Shown one piece after another: positions 18,440 through 26,493 of a DNA stretch of 64,000 nt. The stretch lies in the sequence record MN655998.1, one strand, 5' to 3'. Position 1 is the first letter of the stretch; each line of letters starts with the position of its first letter. Source of the DNA: Escherichia phage E26. A program made the position numbers and the translations under genes. Under the pieces are notes generated by a model. It searched no databases. It saw nothing but the letters and a program-made list of their open reading frames with translations, and was not told the DNA's origin.

Positions 18440-18748
18440 TCATTTAGACAAATAATCATTCTGTGCAATCCGGTCAGCATGTTCCGGCGTTACGTCAATT
18501 GCAATCACTTTAACGCGTGCTTTCTTGCGACCTGGGTTTTCTCGTAGCCAGTGCGTGTGACCGTACAAATTTTTATACTTTGATGCTTCTTCGAAGGTAC
18601 GGATCGGACCTGGGTAATCAGCGTAAAGGATCTCTAGATCTTCGGTGATGTAAAAATATACATCGTAATTGCTGTTCTCTAGCTTAAGCAGAGACTTTCG
18701 GAACATTGGGAGATTTTCGCGGGTAAATTCAAAGATATTATCTTTCAT
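18440..18748 (-). CDS. HxHW-family paralog 1 (start adjusted to MKDNIFEF)
   Basis: YFYITEDL ... GHTHWL ... VIAIDVTPEHAD; RBS GAGGAT. Confidence 0.55.
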   Translation of the reverse strand: MKDNIFEFTRENLPMFRKSLLKLENSNYDVYFYITEDLEILYADYPGPIRTFEEASKYKNLYGHTHWLRENPGRKKARVKVIAIDVTPEHADRIAQNDYLSK

Positions 18749-18776
18749 AGTATTATCCTCAATAGTTGGATGAAAA

Positions 18777-18796
18777 GGGGGGCTTAACGCCCCCAT
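18777..18796 (-). terminator. hairpin GGGGGGC-ttaa-CGCCCCC + T-run (minus)
   Basis: Duplicate of hairpin at 14994..15010. Confidence 0.45.
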
Positions 18797-18799
18797 ATA

Positions 18800-19087
18800 T
18801 TAAAACAGTCCTTCCTGTACACCGTAATAGAGTTCGTCGCTGATAATTTCATTAATGCGACGGTGTGCATATTCCTGATTTGCGAAGTTGTCAGCAAGTT
18901 CTACTTTAGTTTCTCCGTCATGAGTCCATTTAGTGATAACTTTACCATCTGCAAATTTGAAGTTGAACTCTTTAGCTACCGCATCGCGTACCAGACGTGC
19001 AAACTTATTGTTGCGGATTGCATTGTCGGTTTCGTGTGCAGCGTGAGCGAATTTGTTAACTTTCAGAGTGATAGTAATGTATGCCAT
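18800..19087 (-). CDS. hypothetical protein (95 aa), KEFN-motif paralog a
   Basis: RDAVAKEFNFKFADG shared with 22100..22411 product (RKALAKEFNTKIHSVTG). Confidence 0.5.
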   Translation of the reverse strand: MAYITITLKVNKFAHAAHETDNAIRNNKFARLVRDAVAKEFNFKFADGKVITKWTHDGETKVELADNFANQEYAHRRINEIISDELYYGVQEGLF

Positions 19088-19133
19088 AATTTGATTCTCC
19101 TAGTTAGAAAGTGTATCTCGTTTCGATGGGTGT

Positions 19134-19162
19134 ATTATGCTATACACCCGACCTTATGTCAA
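19134..19162 (-). promoter_or_regulatory. PeSL early promoter (TTGACA ... CATAAT, palindrome GGGTGTAT/ATACACCC)
   Basis: Same palindrome as 15265 element. Confidence 0.6.
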
Positions 19163-19168
19163 CACTTT

Positions 19169-19447
19169 TTATAAAATAATTTTTTGATATTTTTCTATGA
19201 TGTTCGTGTAAGTCACATCAACCGCTAGCACCGTTGCTTCGAATCCACCGTTTAGCCAATGGCTATGGTCATGATCGTGAAAGAAACCAAGACCAGTACG
19301 AAGACCTTCTTTATATTCTGCGCGTACATTTAGATCATCATCGATAAACAGATAAAACCATGAATTTTTACTAGGATTGATGATACAACCTTTCAGATTA
19401 GGGAGAATATCACGACTAAGAATAAACTTATCACCTACTTTGAACAT
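19169..19447 (-). CDS. HxHW-family paralog 2 (start at MFKVGDKF)
   Basis: FYLFIDDDL ... HDHSHWL ... VLAVDV. Confidence 0.55.
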   Translation of the reverse strand: MFKVGDKFILSRDILPNLKGCIINPSKNSWFYLFIDDDLNVRAEYKEGLRTGLGFFHDHDHSHWLNGGFEATVLAVDVTYTNIIEKYQKIIL

Positions 19448-19461
19448 AATATTTTCCTCAC

Positions 19462-19770
19462 TTATAAAGTTTGACCGTTGTTTTTCGCGTAATGCTGAAT
19501 GCGTGCTTGATCTGCTTCCGCTGGTGATAGATTCCATGCAACCACTACAACTTCTGACGCATCGTCATCCGTTTTTGATACCCAATGATTATGATTCATA
19601 CAATTGTTTGCTATCGCGTGAGCAAATGATTTCATCACTGGAGATGTATAATCATAGTAACGGATTTTCAGATTTTCATCAACATACAAGTAGATCGTAT
19701 AAGGTTTATATTCAGTAACCAGTAACAGACAGTTACGCAATTCTGGGAAAATCTTTTTAGTTAATTTCAT
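19462..19770 (-). CDS. HxHW-family paralog 3 (start at MKLTKKIF)
   Basis: IYLYVDENL ... NHNHWV ... VVVAWNLSPAEAD. Confidence 0.5.
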   Translation of the reverse strand: MKLTKKIFPELRNCLLLVTEYKPYTIYLYVDENLKIRYYDYTSPVMKSFAHAIANNCMNHNHWVSKTDDDASEVVVVAWNLSPAEADQARIQHYAKNNGQTL

Positions 19771-19771
19771 T

Positions 19772-19981
19772 TTATAATCCTCGGTCGCGGCTATAGTACA
19801 CGGTACGCCATACAATTTCATGTTTCGTGTCGCTCCAGCACACGATCTCATTTACTCTTAAATCTTTGTTATCAACAAAAGATGAACATTGTGACGTTTC
19901 TTTCATCATTTTATCTGCTGTTTTCTCATCAAATACAGCACAGATTTCTTTATACACTCGATAATCTTTAAACTTGCTCAT
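19772..19981 (-). CDS. hypothetical protein, MSKFKDY tandem paralog a
   Basis: MSKFKDYRVYKE...FDEKTADKMMKETSQCSSF; paralog immediately upstream. Confidence 0.5.
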   Translation of the reverse strand: MSKFKDYRVYKEICAVFDEKTADKMMKETSQCSSFVDNKDLRVNEIVCWSDTKHEIVWRTVYYSRDRGL

Positions 19982-19983
19982 AA

Positions 19984-20193
19984 TTAACACCAATCAAGAG
20001 TTTTTGAAAACACATCTATCCATTGTTGAGTATATGCGGTTTCTTTCCATGATACAATACCGGTAGAATAATGGTTTTTGTTTCCAGAAAAGGACGGGCA
20101 TTTTGATGCATCTTCCATCATCTTTTCGGCGAACTCTGGTTCGTATACTCGCAAGATCTGTTGATATGCTTTGTAGTCTTTAAATTTGCTCAT
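19984..20193 (-). CDS. hypothetical protein, MSKFKDY tandem paralog b
   Basis: MSKFKDYKAYQQ...FAEKMMEDASKCPSF. Confidence 0.5.
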   Translation of the reverse strand: MSKFKDYKAYQQILRVYEPEFAEKMMEDASKCPSFSGNKNHYSTGIVSWKETAYTQQWIDVFSKTLDWC

Positions 20194-20458
20194 AATCGTT
20201 AACTACCTTATCAGCTTCTTTTATTGTTTTTACATCAACTGCGATAACCCGTAAAGGTTCGTCGTGGTTCCACCAATGATCGTGAATATCAGCTTGTGAT
20301 TTATCACCAAAGGAATCACGAATATCATTTTTACATTTATAGCTAATGTGACCGTCATAGTCAACATAAAGGTAATTATCGAAAATCGGCGTTTTTAAGA
20401 TCATACCGAAAAATCTTTCTTTGTGTGTCTTATCCAGCGTTGCAGTAATTCGCATCAT
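20180..20458 (-). CDS. HxHW-family paralog 4
   Basis: NYLYVDYDGHISY ... IHDHWW ... VIAVDVKTIKEAD. Confidence 0.55.
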   Translation of the reverse strand: MMRITATLDKTHKERFFGMILKTPIFDNYLYVDYDGHISYKCKNDIRDSFGDKSQADIHDHWWNHDEPLRVIAVDVKTIKEADKVVNDYEQI

Positions 20459-20471
20459 AATATATTCCTCT

Positions 20472-20651
20472 TAGAAAGGGATGGTCATTTCTTGAGCTTG
20501 TACATTCTCGTTAGGATTAAACTTCATCCAACCGATATTGTCTACCAGCATATGTACATTTTTATCATACCCTACGTGAGTAGTCAACACTAAATGTGCT
20601 TTACCTTCAACGATGATTTCCATGTACTTCTGAACTTCGATAGCTTTCATT
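20472..20651 (-). CDS. hypothetical small protein (59 aa)
   Basis: Hand-translated MKAIEVQKYMEIIVEGKAHLV...; RBS GGAGAAT. Confidence 0.4.
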
Positions 20652-20678
20652 TTGATTCTCCGTTTGTTGTCTTGATGG

Positions 20679-20712
20679 GAGTATCTTACTACTCCCTTTA
20701 ATCATTGTCAAC
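20679..20712 (-). promoter_or_regulatory. PeSL early promoter (TTGACA, stem GGGAGTA/TACTCCC with -10 TAAGAT in loop)
   Basis: Same stem variant recurs at 31271, 58091, 58856. Confidence 0.5.
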
Positions 20713-20715
20713 TAT

Positions 20716-20883
20716 TATTTGTTAATTTCCGGTGCGTTGCTTGGATAGTAACCTTCTTTAACACCCAGATATTTTGCAACCATTCCGGTGATCTTCTGTG
20801 CTACTACGATATCGAATTTCAGGTAGTCTTCACCGTGGGTTGCTACAATGTATGCTTCGCATTCTGCTTTAGTCTGGAACATT
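20716..20883 (-). CDS. hypothetical 55-aa protein, paralog copy 2 (MFQTKAECEAY...YYPSNAPEINK)
   Basis: Hand-translated; ~85% aa identity to 17447..17614 product. Confidence 0.45.
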
Positions 20884-20917
20884 TTTGATTCTCCTATATC
20901 TCGTTGGTATGTGTGTA

Positions 20918-20947
20918 TTATAGGGGATCTCCCGATCCCCTGTCAAC
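20918..20947 (-). promoter_or_regulatory. PeSL early promoter (TTGACA - GGGGATCGGGAGATCCCC - TATAAT)
   Basis: Duplicate of 17648 element. Confidence 0.6.
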
Positions 20948-20954
20948 AACTTTT

Positions 20955-21263
20955 TTATTCTTCATCTTCATTTTTATCTTTATATGCGTACTTCATAAAT
21001 TTGTCTGCTACTTTGTCCGCGTTTTCAGGTTCTACGTCTGACGCTAGGACAACAGCTAGTTCGGTTTTGTCGTTTCCATCATACCAATGATTATGAGTGT
21101 CGTTTTCTTTGATATAAAACGAATCATTTGGAGTTGTGCGACAATATACGTCTAAATTCCCATCGATATAAAAGATCCAATCCGAATACAAAATGATTGT
21201 TTTAGCCAGATTTTTATTGTCTCTTACAAAAGGTTCCGCGACAAATAGCTTAGTTTGTTCCAT
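20955..21263 (-). CDS. HxHW-family paralog 5 (start at MEQTKLF)
   Basis: IFYIDGNLDVY ... THNHWY ... LAVVLASDVEPENAD. Confidence 0.55.
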   Translation of the reverse strand: MEQTKLFVAEPFVRDNKNLAKTIILYSDWIFYIDGNLDVYCRTTPNDSFYIKENDTHNHWYDGNDKTELAVVLASDVEPENADKVADKFMKYAYKDKNEDEE

Positions 21264-21279
21264 AGTAATTTCCTCAAAA

Positions 21280-21471
21280 TTATACAGCTTCGTAAACTTC
21301 CCAATGTCCAACACCAGCACGCTTAACGAAAAGGTTTTCTTTGATGTTATTCATAAACGTCTGGATGGATTTAATGCGGTTGGAAGGTTTCCAGTCTTCG
21401 TTAGCATTGCGGCGATACATTATAACATTACCAGATCGCTTATATTCAGCAACCATTTTAAGACCACACAT
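21280..21471 (-). CDS. hypothetical protein (63 aa)
   Basis: ORF track; RBS GAGGAT 8 nt upstream. Confidence 0.4.
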   Translation of the reverse strand: MCGLKMVAEYKRSGNVIMYRRNANEDWKPSNRIKSIQTFMNNIKENLFVKRAGVGHWEVYEAV

Positions 21472-21527
21472 AATAATATCCTCAATTTGTGGGAGAGTAT
21501 TACCCTCCCAATTATTGTTATACTACA

Positions 21528-21830
21528 TTACGCAAAATGGCGTGTCAATGCTTCTTTTGCTGTTCCGCTAAGATTCTCGATCTCTCCTGGCATAACATCA
21601 ACCGCCAGAACTTCTACAACATCCTCTGATCCTAACCAGTGAGTATGACCTTTGTAGAACTTGATATCCCATTTAACGCTATCGCTAGCCCACCACACAT
21701 CACCGTCGATAAAGTTGATGTAAAGCACACTACGACACATTGAATTAATTACTTTCAATACTGCGCCTTTCATCTCTTCCACGGTATGGTCTTCCATTTT
21801 GAAGACCTCACCTACCTGAACTTTTGCCAT
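21528..21830 (-). CDS. HxHW-family paralog 6
   Basis: LYINFIDGDVWW ... GHTHWL ... VLAVDVMPGE. Confidence 0.55.
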   Translation of the reverse strand: MAKVQVGEVFKMEDHTVEEMKGAVLKVINSMCRSVLYINFIDGDVWWASDSVKWDIKFYKGHTHWLGSEDVVEVLAVDVMPGEIENLSGTAKEALTRHFA

Positions 21831-21847
21831 TTAGTCACCTCTCTTTA

Positions 21848-22027
21848 TTACATAACAATCACGCCAGCCGTTGAAAGTTGATGTTTCAACTGAGCATTTT
21901 CTGCTACCGTCAAATCAATGATTTCTTGTGACGCTGCAATCATATAGCCATTGGTGATATTGTTTTGCATCAGTTCAATGGTTTCTTCGTTGTAGCGGAT
22001 TTTAGCGATGATTTCGTTGAAGTTCAT
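21848..22027 (-). CDS. hypothetical small protein (59 aa)
   Basis: Hand-translated MNFNEIIAKIRYNEETIELMQ...; RBS AGGAGAAT. Confidence 0.4.
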   Translation of the reverse strand: MNFNEIIAKIRYNEETIELMQNNITNGYMIAASQEIIDLTVAENAQLKHQLSTAGVIVM

Positions 22028-22061
22028 AATTGATTCTCCTAGTTCGTTTCGGTATGTGTGT

Positions 22062-22091
22062 ATTATAGGGGAGTTTAGCCTCCCCTGTCAA
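22062..22091 (-). promoter_or_regulatory. PeSL early promoter (TTGACA - GGGGAGGCTAAACTCCCC - TATAAT)
   Basis: Hexamers plus palindromic spacer. Confidence 0.6.
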
Positions 22092-22099
22092 CAACTTTT

Positions 22100-22411
22100 T
22101 TAAAGTTTTTCCATGATAACGGTCATAATTACATCTTCTGCGCGAGCGGTCAGATTATCAGCGTCAGCATGTGGGCGGTTGGTTGTTACAGAGATAACAC
22201 CGTTGCGCACTGGTTTGATATTGATATCAAGATGATCCGCGAAACGTTCGCCAGTTACAGAATGAATTTTGGTGTTAAATTCTTTTGCCAGTGCCTTGCG
22301 AACTTCACGAATCAGGATAGCGTTTTTCAGTTGGTTCTCCGCGCTCATGGTCTTCTGGGTGTTCATGGTTCCGTCGAAGTCAATCATTGGCAGCGTTACG
22401 ATGTATTTCAT
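22100..22411 (-). CDS. hypothetical protein (103 aa), KEFN-motif paralog b
   Basis: Shares AKEFN block with 18800..19087 product. Confidence 0.5.
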   Translation of the reverse strand: MKYIVTLPMIDFDGTMNTQKTMSAENQLKNAILIREVRKALAKEFNTKIHSVTGERFADHLDINIKPVRNGVISVTTNRPHADADNLTARAEDVIMTVIMEKL

Positions 22412-22456
22412 TTTTGATTCTCCGTTTAAGAAAGTGTGTTTCGTTTTGATGTGTGT

Positions 22457-22485
22457 AGTATAGGGGATCGGTGATCCCCTGTCAA
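22457..22485 (-). promoter_or_regulatory. PeSL early promoter (TTGACA - GGGGATCACCGATCCCC - TATACT)
   Basis: Hexamers plus palindromic spacer. Confidence 0.6.
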
Positions 22486-22498
22486 CAACTTTTTTGAA

Positions 22499-22843
22499 TT
22501 ATTTTTTCATGAGCTTAATTGCTTCTTCCATAGCCAACACATTTCGATAGTTAGGGTATCGTGTTAGATCGTCATACATTCGCTTAAGGGTGGAAACTTC
22601 CTCAAACTCTGGGTTTTCTAGATACAGTTGAACAAATTGTTTCTCTATCATCTCTGCTTTTAGCTTGTCTGCTTGTTCCTGTTCATATGATTTAGTTGGA
22701 CCCAACACCAACAAAATGATAAAGGTGATCAACGGGCTAATGATCAACGATAGGATAACATAACCGATAACGCTACGGTTTAAACGGCTTGCATACATGC
22801 CTACCAGGAAAACAAAAAGGATATAGATAAACAGAAAGAACAT
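22499..22843 (-). CDS. small membrane protein (two predicted TM helices)
   Basis: Hydrophobic N-terminal 45 aa then charged helical tail. Confidence 0.5.
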   Translation of the reverse strand: MFFLFIYILFVFLVGMYASRLNRSVIGYVILSLIISPLITFIILLVLGPTKSYEQEQADKLKAEMIEKQFVQLYLENPEFEEVSTLKRMYDDLTRYPNYRNVLAMEEAIKLMKK

Positions 22844-22850
22844 ATAATGG

Positions 22851-23324
22851 TTACTCCTTATTTTCGCGCTCGTACTTTTCGAAATAAAATTCTACTGGCT
22901 GGTCATTAATTGACAGCAAGCCAAAGCGTTTAGCCGCTCGCAATCCCATATTGCGCTGAATGTACTTCTGGAAGTTCTCGCGTATACACTTACGCCAGTA
23001 TTCTAAGCCCATACAGCTTTTATAAAGATTGCATTGCACACACGCCGGATTCATGTTATCAAGTATATCATGTTCCGGTTTATGCATTCCTACAACCTTA
23101 TACTTCCACGATCCATCATCATTACGGGCAATTCGTCCATTTTCATCATAGACTACCTTTGAGCGTCGCAATACTGGTTTGATGTGGTCTGCGTGCCAGC
23201 GATCCCCTAGTTCCTCGCCACAATAGGCACAACGTCCACCATATTTCATTTTCAGGATCTGGCGTTGCTCTTTCTTTGACAATTTTTTAGGTTTAGGGGC
23301 TTTTGCCCCTTCATTATCACACAT
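22851..23324 (-). CDS. HNH endonuclease
   Basis: CAYCGEEL ... WHADHIKP ... N ... CVQCN: HNH motif with two CxxC pairs; directly downstream of ligase gene. Confidence 0.6.
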   Translation of the reverse strand: MCDNEGAKAPKPKKLSKKEQRQILKMKYGGRCAYCGEELGDRWHADHIKPVLRRSKVVYDENGRIARNDDGSWKYKVVGMHKPEHDILDNMNPACVQCNLYKSCMGLEYWRKCIRENFQKYIQRNMGLRAAKRFGLLSINDQPVEFYFEKYERENKE

Positions 23325-24819
23325 CGAATACCTCTTTTACTGTATTTGCAGTGGTCTTGTCGTAGCGAATACGTTTGATGATTGGGAGAAATAAAGAGAA
23401 CTCCGGTTCATCTTCTTTACGTGATTTGCTGCGGATATACCCGTTGCATGTCATCTCAATGACTTTTCCAATCAGGTTATGACGATCAGCCCATAACATT
23501 TCTCGGTCGAGTTCATTTCTACGATCGAACGGAATTACACGTTCAATACCATCATCACCTTTTTCGGTTGTAGTGTCGGTTAATCCAGATCCGGTGTTAG
23601 TCATCATTCGTCCGCACGCACTACGGACAGTAAAACCGCCTACCTTATTGGGGTCTTTACTATGCGGATATACATCAACAATTTCCGCGTCGAAGTCAAT
23701 CACTTCTTTAAATTTAACCTGATCTTTACTACGGCGATCTTCAAATACACCATGTAAATTTTTAAGGATAATACCTTCTAAGCCCATGTTTACATAGCGA
23801 TGATATACTTCGCGAGCTTCGTCTATATTGTTAACTACAGTGTTTTCGATTATCTGAACACGAGGATCGTTAAGTTCTTCAACAATCTGTTTTAGTTCTT
23901 CGAATCGATCTTTATATTGCTTCGTTGCTTTCTCGTTTCCGTAATACACATCACGGTCGATAACATCCCAGACAGTGTAAACAATACATTGGGCTTCTTC
24001 TTTTGGAATAGTTCCTTTCAGTGATTTGTTGAGGATACCATTTCCGGTCTGACGATCTGCAACAACGGATTCTTTTACTGCTTCCGCTACTGGAGTTAAT
24101 GGCATTTCCTCTTCTTCAAATATCCATGACAGAGTACCATCATAAACGCTCTCAACGAAGTTCTGCGCTGGTGTTTGTGAAAGGGTAGGCATATATACCA
24201 ATTCGCCATCTAGAACAATTCCACGGCCTCGTAGACGCTCTAAAACCGCAAACAAATCATCAAGCCCTTGATAGGTATTACCTGAGCGGGTATAGATTGC
24301 TAATGTTTCCCCGTCAATATCAGCCATACCACGAGCGCCATCGCTTTTAAGTTGTGCATACGCCGGATATTTGATATTGGCAATAGTCTTATCAGAACAT
24401 GACGATGCAAGGTGGCACGGTTGCTGAGGAATCAGTTTCTTCCATACCTTGTTTGCAGTGGTAGCGGAACAGCCGCATTCCAGATCACGATTCAGGACCA
24501 TCATCGCAACTTTAGCATCATCCTCTGACAAGCAAGTCAGAGTATCGGTAACTAGCTGTAATGCTGCATTACCAGTTACTTGACGCGTGGCAAGTTTATT
24601 TTTAAAGACCTGTAATGCACCGGATAAAGACAATACAGACGAATAGCGAGATGGTTTATCGTATTTCTTTACGCCAAACGTAACCTGTTTGCAATATGCC
24701 AGATAAAAGCATTCTTTCAGCGTTTCATTGCTCGCGGATTCTTTCAGGATCTTTTCTTTCAGCGATGTTTTGTCGGTTGCTGCAAGCTGATTAATGATAT
24801 TAAGAATTGACATTTTCAC
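23317..24819 (-). CDS. 30: ATP-dependent DNA ligase gp30
   Basis: 500 aa; adenylation KxDG motif AQLKSDGAR; size and synteny with T4 gp30. Confidence 0.85.
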   Translation of the reverse strand: MKMSILNIINQLAATDKTSLKEKILKESASNETLKECFYLAYCKQVTFGVKKYDKPSRYSSVLSLSGALQVFKNKLATRQVTGNAALQLVTDTLTCLSEDDAKVAMMVLNRDLECGCSATTANKVWKKLIPQQPCHLASSCSDKTIANIKYPAYAQLKSDGARGMADIDGETLAIYTRSGNTYQGLDDLFAVLERLRGRGIVLDGELVYMPTLSQTPAQNFVESVYDGTLSWIFEEEEMPLTPVAEAVKESVVADRQTGNGILNKSLKGTIPKEEAQCIVYTVWDVIDRDVYYGNEKATKQYKDRFEELKQIVEELNDPRVQIIENTVVNNIDEAREVYHRYVNMGLEGIILKNLHGVFEDRRSKDQVKFKEVIDFDAEIVDVYPHSKDPNKVGGFTVRSACGRMMTNTGSGLTDTTTEKGDDGIERVIPFDRRNELDREMLWADRHNLIGKVIEMTCNGYIRSKSRKEDEPEFSLFLPIIKRIRYDKTTANTVKEVFDV

Positions 24820-25279
24820 CTCGTTTTGTTAAACGTTCACGAATATCATTGAGGATACTACAAAATTCCGATTCAGTCAATATAGTCTTTAACGGATCAG
24901 TTCCACCTATACTATGACGTAATTTCTTATTTCCGGTCGAGAGTAATGCTTTACAAAATTCTGGGTTATTCCGTGCCATCGTAACAAATGCCAGATGTAC
25001 CAGTCTGTAATAATGCTCACTCATTCGATGAATCGGGCGACCCTGAAAATATAACATGTGATTCTCAATCTTTTCAGTTCTTCCGGTTCTTTTTGCTTTG
25101 CCACCATGCATCAAAAAGATTTCTCTTTGTCTCTGAGGGTTCTTAAATCTTAGCCCCTGTAAAAATCCTTCTGTGCTGTTAATATCGCAACCAAATAGAC
25201 GGAATGGTCTTTTATTGAAATTACTCAATTCACCAGATGGATAAGGTCCACCCGCATAGATATCAATTTCAGAAGTCAT
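24800..25279 (-). CDS. hypothetical protein (159 aa)
   Basis: ORF track; upstream of ligase in same operon. Confidence 0.45.
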   Translation of the reverse strand: MTSEIDIYAGGPYPSGELSNFNKRPFRLFGCDINSTEGFLQGLRFKNPQRQREIFLMHGGKAKRTGRTEKIENHMLYFQGRPIHRMSEHYYRLVHLAFVTMARNNPEFCKALLSTGNKKLRHSIGGTDPLKTILTESEFCSILNDIRERLTKRGENVNS

Positions 25280-25433
25280 TGAAACTAATCTCGCTAATCA
25301 GAGAGAACGGATCATAATCGTCATGAGGAATATCGACAGTAATCGAATGAGGATTTACCCATACACCAAACTGGTCTTCTTCGGTGAATACTTCGGTATG
25401 GATTTCGTGGATGTTTACATTCATAGTTTTCAT
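25269..25433 (-). CDS. hypothetical small acidic protein (54 aa)
   Basis: Hand-translated MKTMNVNIHEIHTEVFTEEDQ... Confidence 0.3.
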   Translation of the reverse strand: MKTMNVNIHEIHTEVFTEEDQFGVWVNPHSITVDIPHDDYDPFSLISEISFNDF

Positions 25434-25485
25434 AATAAAATTCCTTAATAATCAATAACTTACAAAATCATATAGCCAAAATATA

Positions 25486-25506
25486 GGCGGGATTATTTCC
25501 CGCCGT
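25486..25506 (-). terminator. hairpin GGCGGGA-ttat-TTCCCGCC + T-rich tract (minus)
   Basis: GC stem downstream of gene 31. Confidence 0.4.
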
Positions 25507-25515
25507 TTAAAATCA

Positions 25516-25839
25516 TTAACCGTAAACTACCACAATATTCTGTTTGTGCGTTACAGTCCATTTCAGGTCGATCTCTTCTTCCTTCTTAACGCCGTTAATA
25601 ACGTCTGGATGAGGAACTTTATTAAGTTTCCCATGAGGAAGCAATACAGTCTTGCCCAGCAATTCTTTATCAACGTTATCACCGATATCAATAATCTTAC
25701 CGACTAAAGGAATCTCTCCCATAGTTCGTTTTTGCTCGATGATAATACCAAAATCGCTCTTTACTTCGGTCCCTGCGCTTTCCGCTTTAGCTTCAATGAT
25801 CACATAGTCACCAAGTGCTTTAGGAGTTTTAACGGTCAT
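25516..25839 (-). CDS. 31: co-chaperonin gp31 (GroES-like)
   Basis: 107 aa; GDYVIIEA ... mobile loop ... LPHGKL pattern like T4 gp31/GroES; late-promoter-like TATAAATA upstream. Confidence 0.7.
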   Translation of the reverse strand: MTVKTPKALGDYVIIEAKAESAGTEVKSDFGIIIEQKRTMGEIPLVGKIIDIGDNVDKELLGKTVLLPHGKLNKVPHPDVINGVKKEEEIDLKWTVTHKQNIVVVYG

Positions 25840-25875
25840 AATTTTCTTACCTCTTCAATTCATCTCAATAGTAAA

Positions 25876-26493
25876 TTATTTATATTTCGCGACCTTTGGA
25901 TTTCTCCGCAGACCGGAATGTATTTGCGCTATACAACAATAAGAAACATTAAACATATCAGCTATAATTTGCTTCTTAACTTTTCCTTTAAGCCGCATTA
26001 TTTCTTCGACTTGCGCATTTGTCAGTTTTGCCCGTGAGTGGTTTTCACCGACATTGTTATTGAGTCCAGTTCTAAATGAATGTCTCATATTTTCTAGTAA
26101 GGTTACTATTTCTAGATTCCACACATAATTGCAGGTTTTTACACCATTGATGTGATTAACCTCAAGTCCGGTAACGTCTCCTAGAAATGCATTTGCTACA
26201 AGTCGATGTATCTTTTCGGCTTTAACTGAGATTTTACCATTGTCTTTTTGTTTTGACAATGTTGAATAATAATATCCATATCGGTCTAAAATTGGTTTTA
26301 TTATTTTACCAGCACGTTTTTGTTTTACGAGCTTAATATTACCGGGAGAAACTTCTCTATAAAATTCGATACTTCGGTCAATAGATCTCAATCTACCATA
26401 ATTAGAGATTTCATACCACGGATAACCTACAGCTTGTCTCCATTCTTCCGGCGCTGGTAATACGATATTATCATCTTTTGTTTCCATTGTCAA
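25876..26493 (-). CDS. HNH homing endonuclease (NUMOD-like N-terminus)
   Basis: WYEISNYGRLRS motif; HNH core EVNHINGVKTCNYVWNLEIVTLLEN; inserted between gene 31 and cd region. Confidence 0.65.
   Translation of the reverse strand: MTMETKDDNIVLPAPEEWRQAVGYPWYEISNYGRLRSIDRSIEFYREVSPGNIKLVKQKRAGKIIKPILDRYGYYYSTLSKQKDNGKISVKAEKIHRLVANAFLGDVTGLEVNHINGVKTCNYVWNLEIVTLLENMRHSFRTGLNNNVGENHSRAKLTNAQVEEIMRLKGKVKKQIIADMFNVSYCCIAQIHSGLRRNPKVAKYK

Noticed and set aside
15265-22485. Regularly recurring ~30-bp palindromic repeats could be read as a CRISPR array
   Set aside because: Repeat spacing is irregular (200-400 bp), the intervening sequences are protein-coding with RBS/ATG, and each repeat contains sigma70 -35/-10 hexamers; they are promoter stem-loops, not CRISPR repeats
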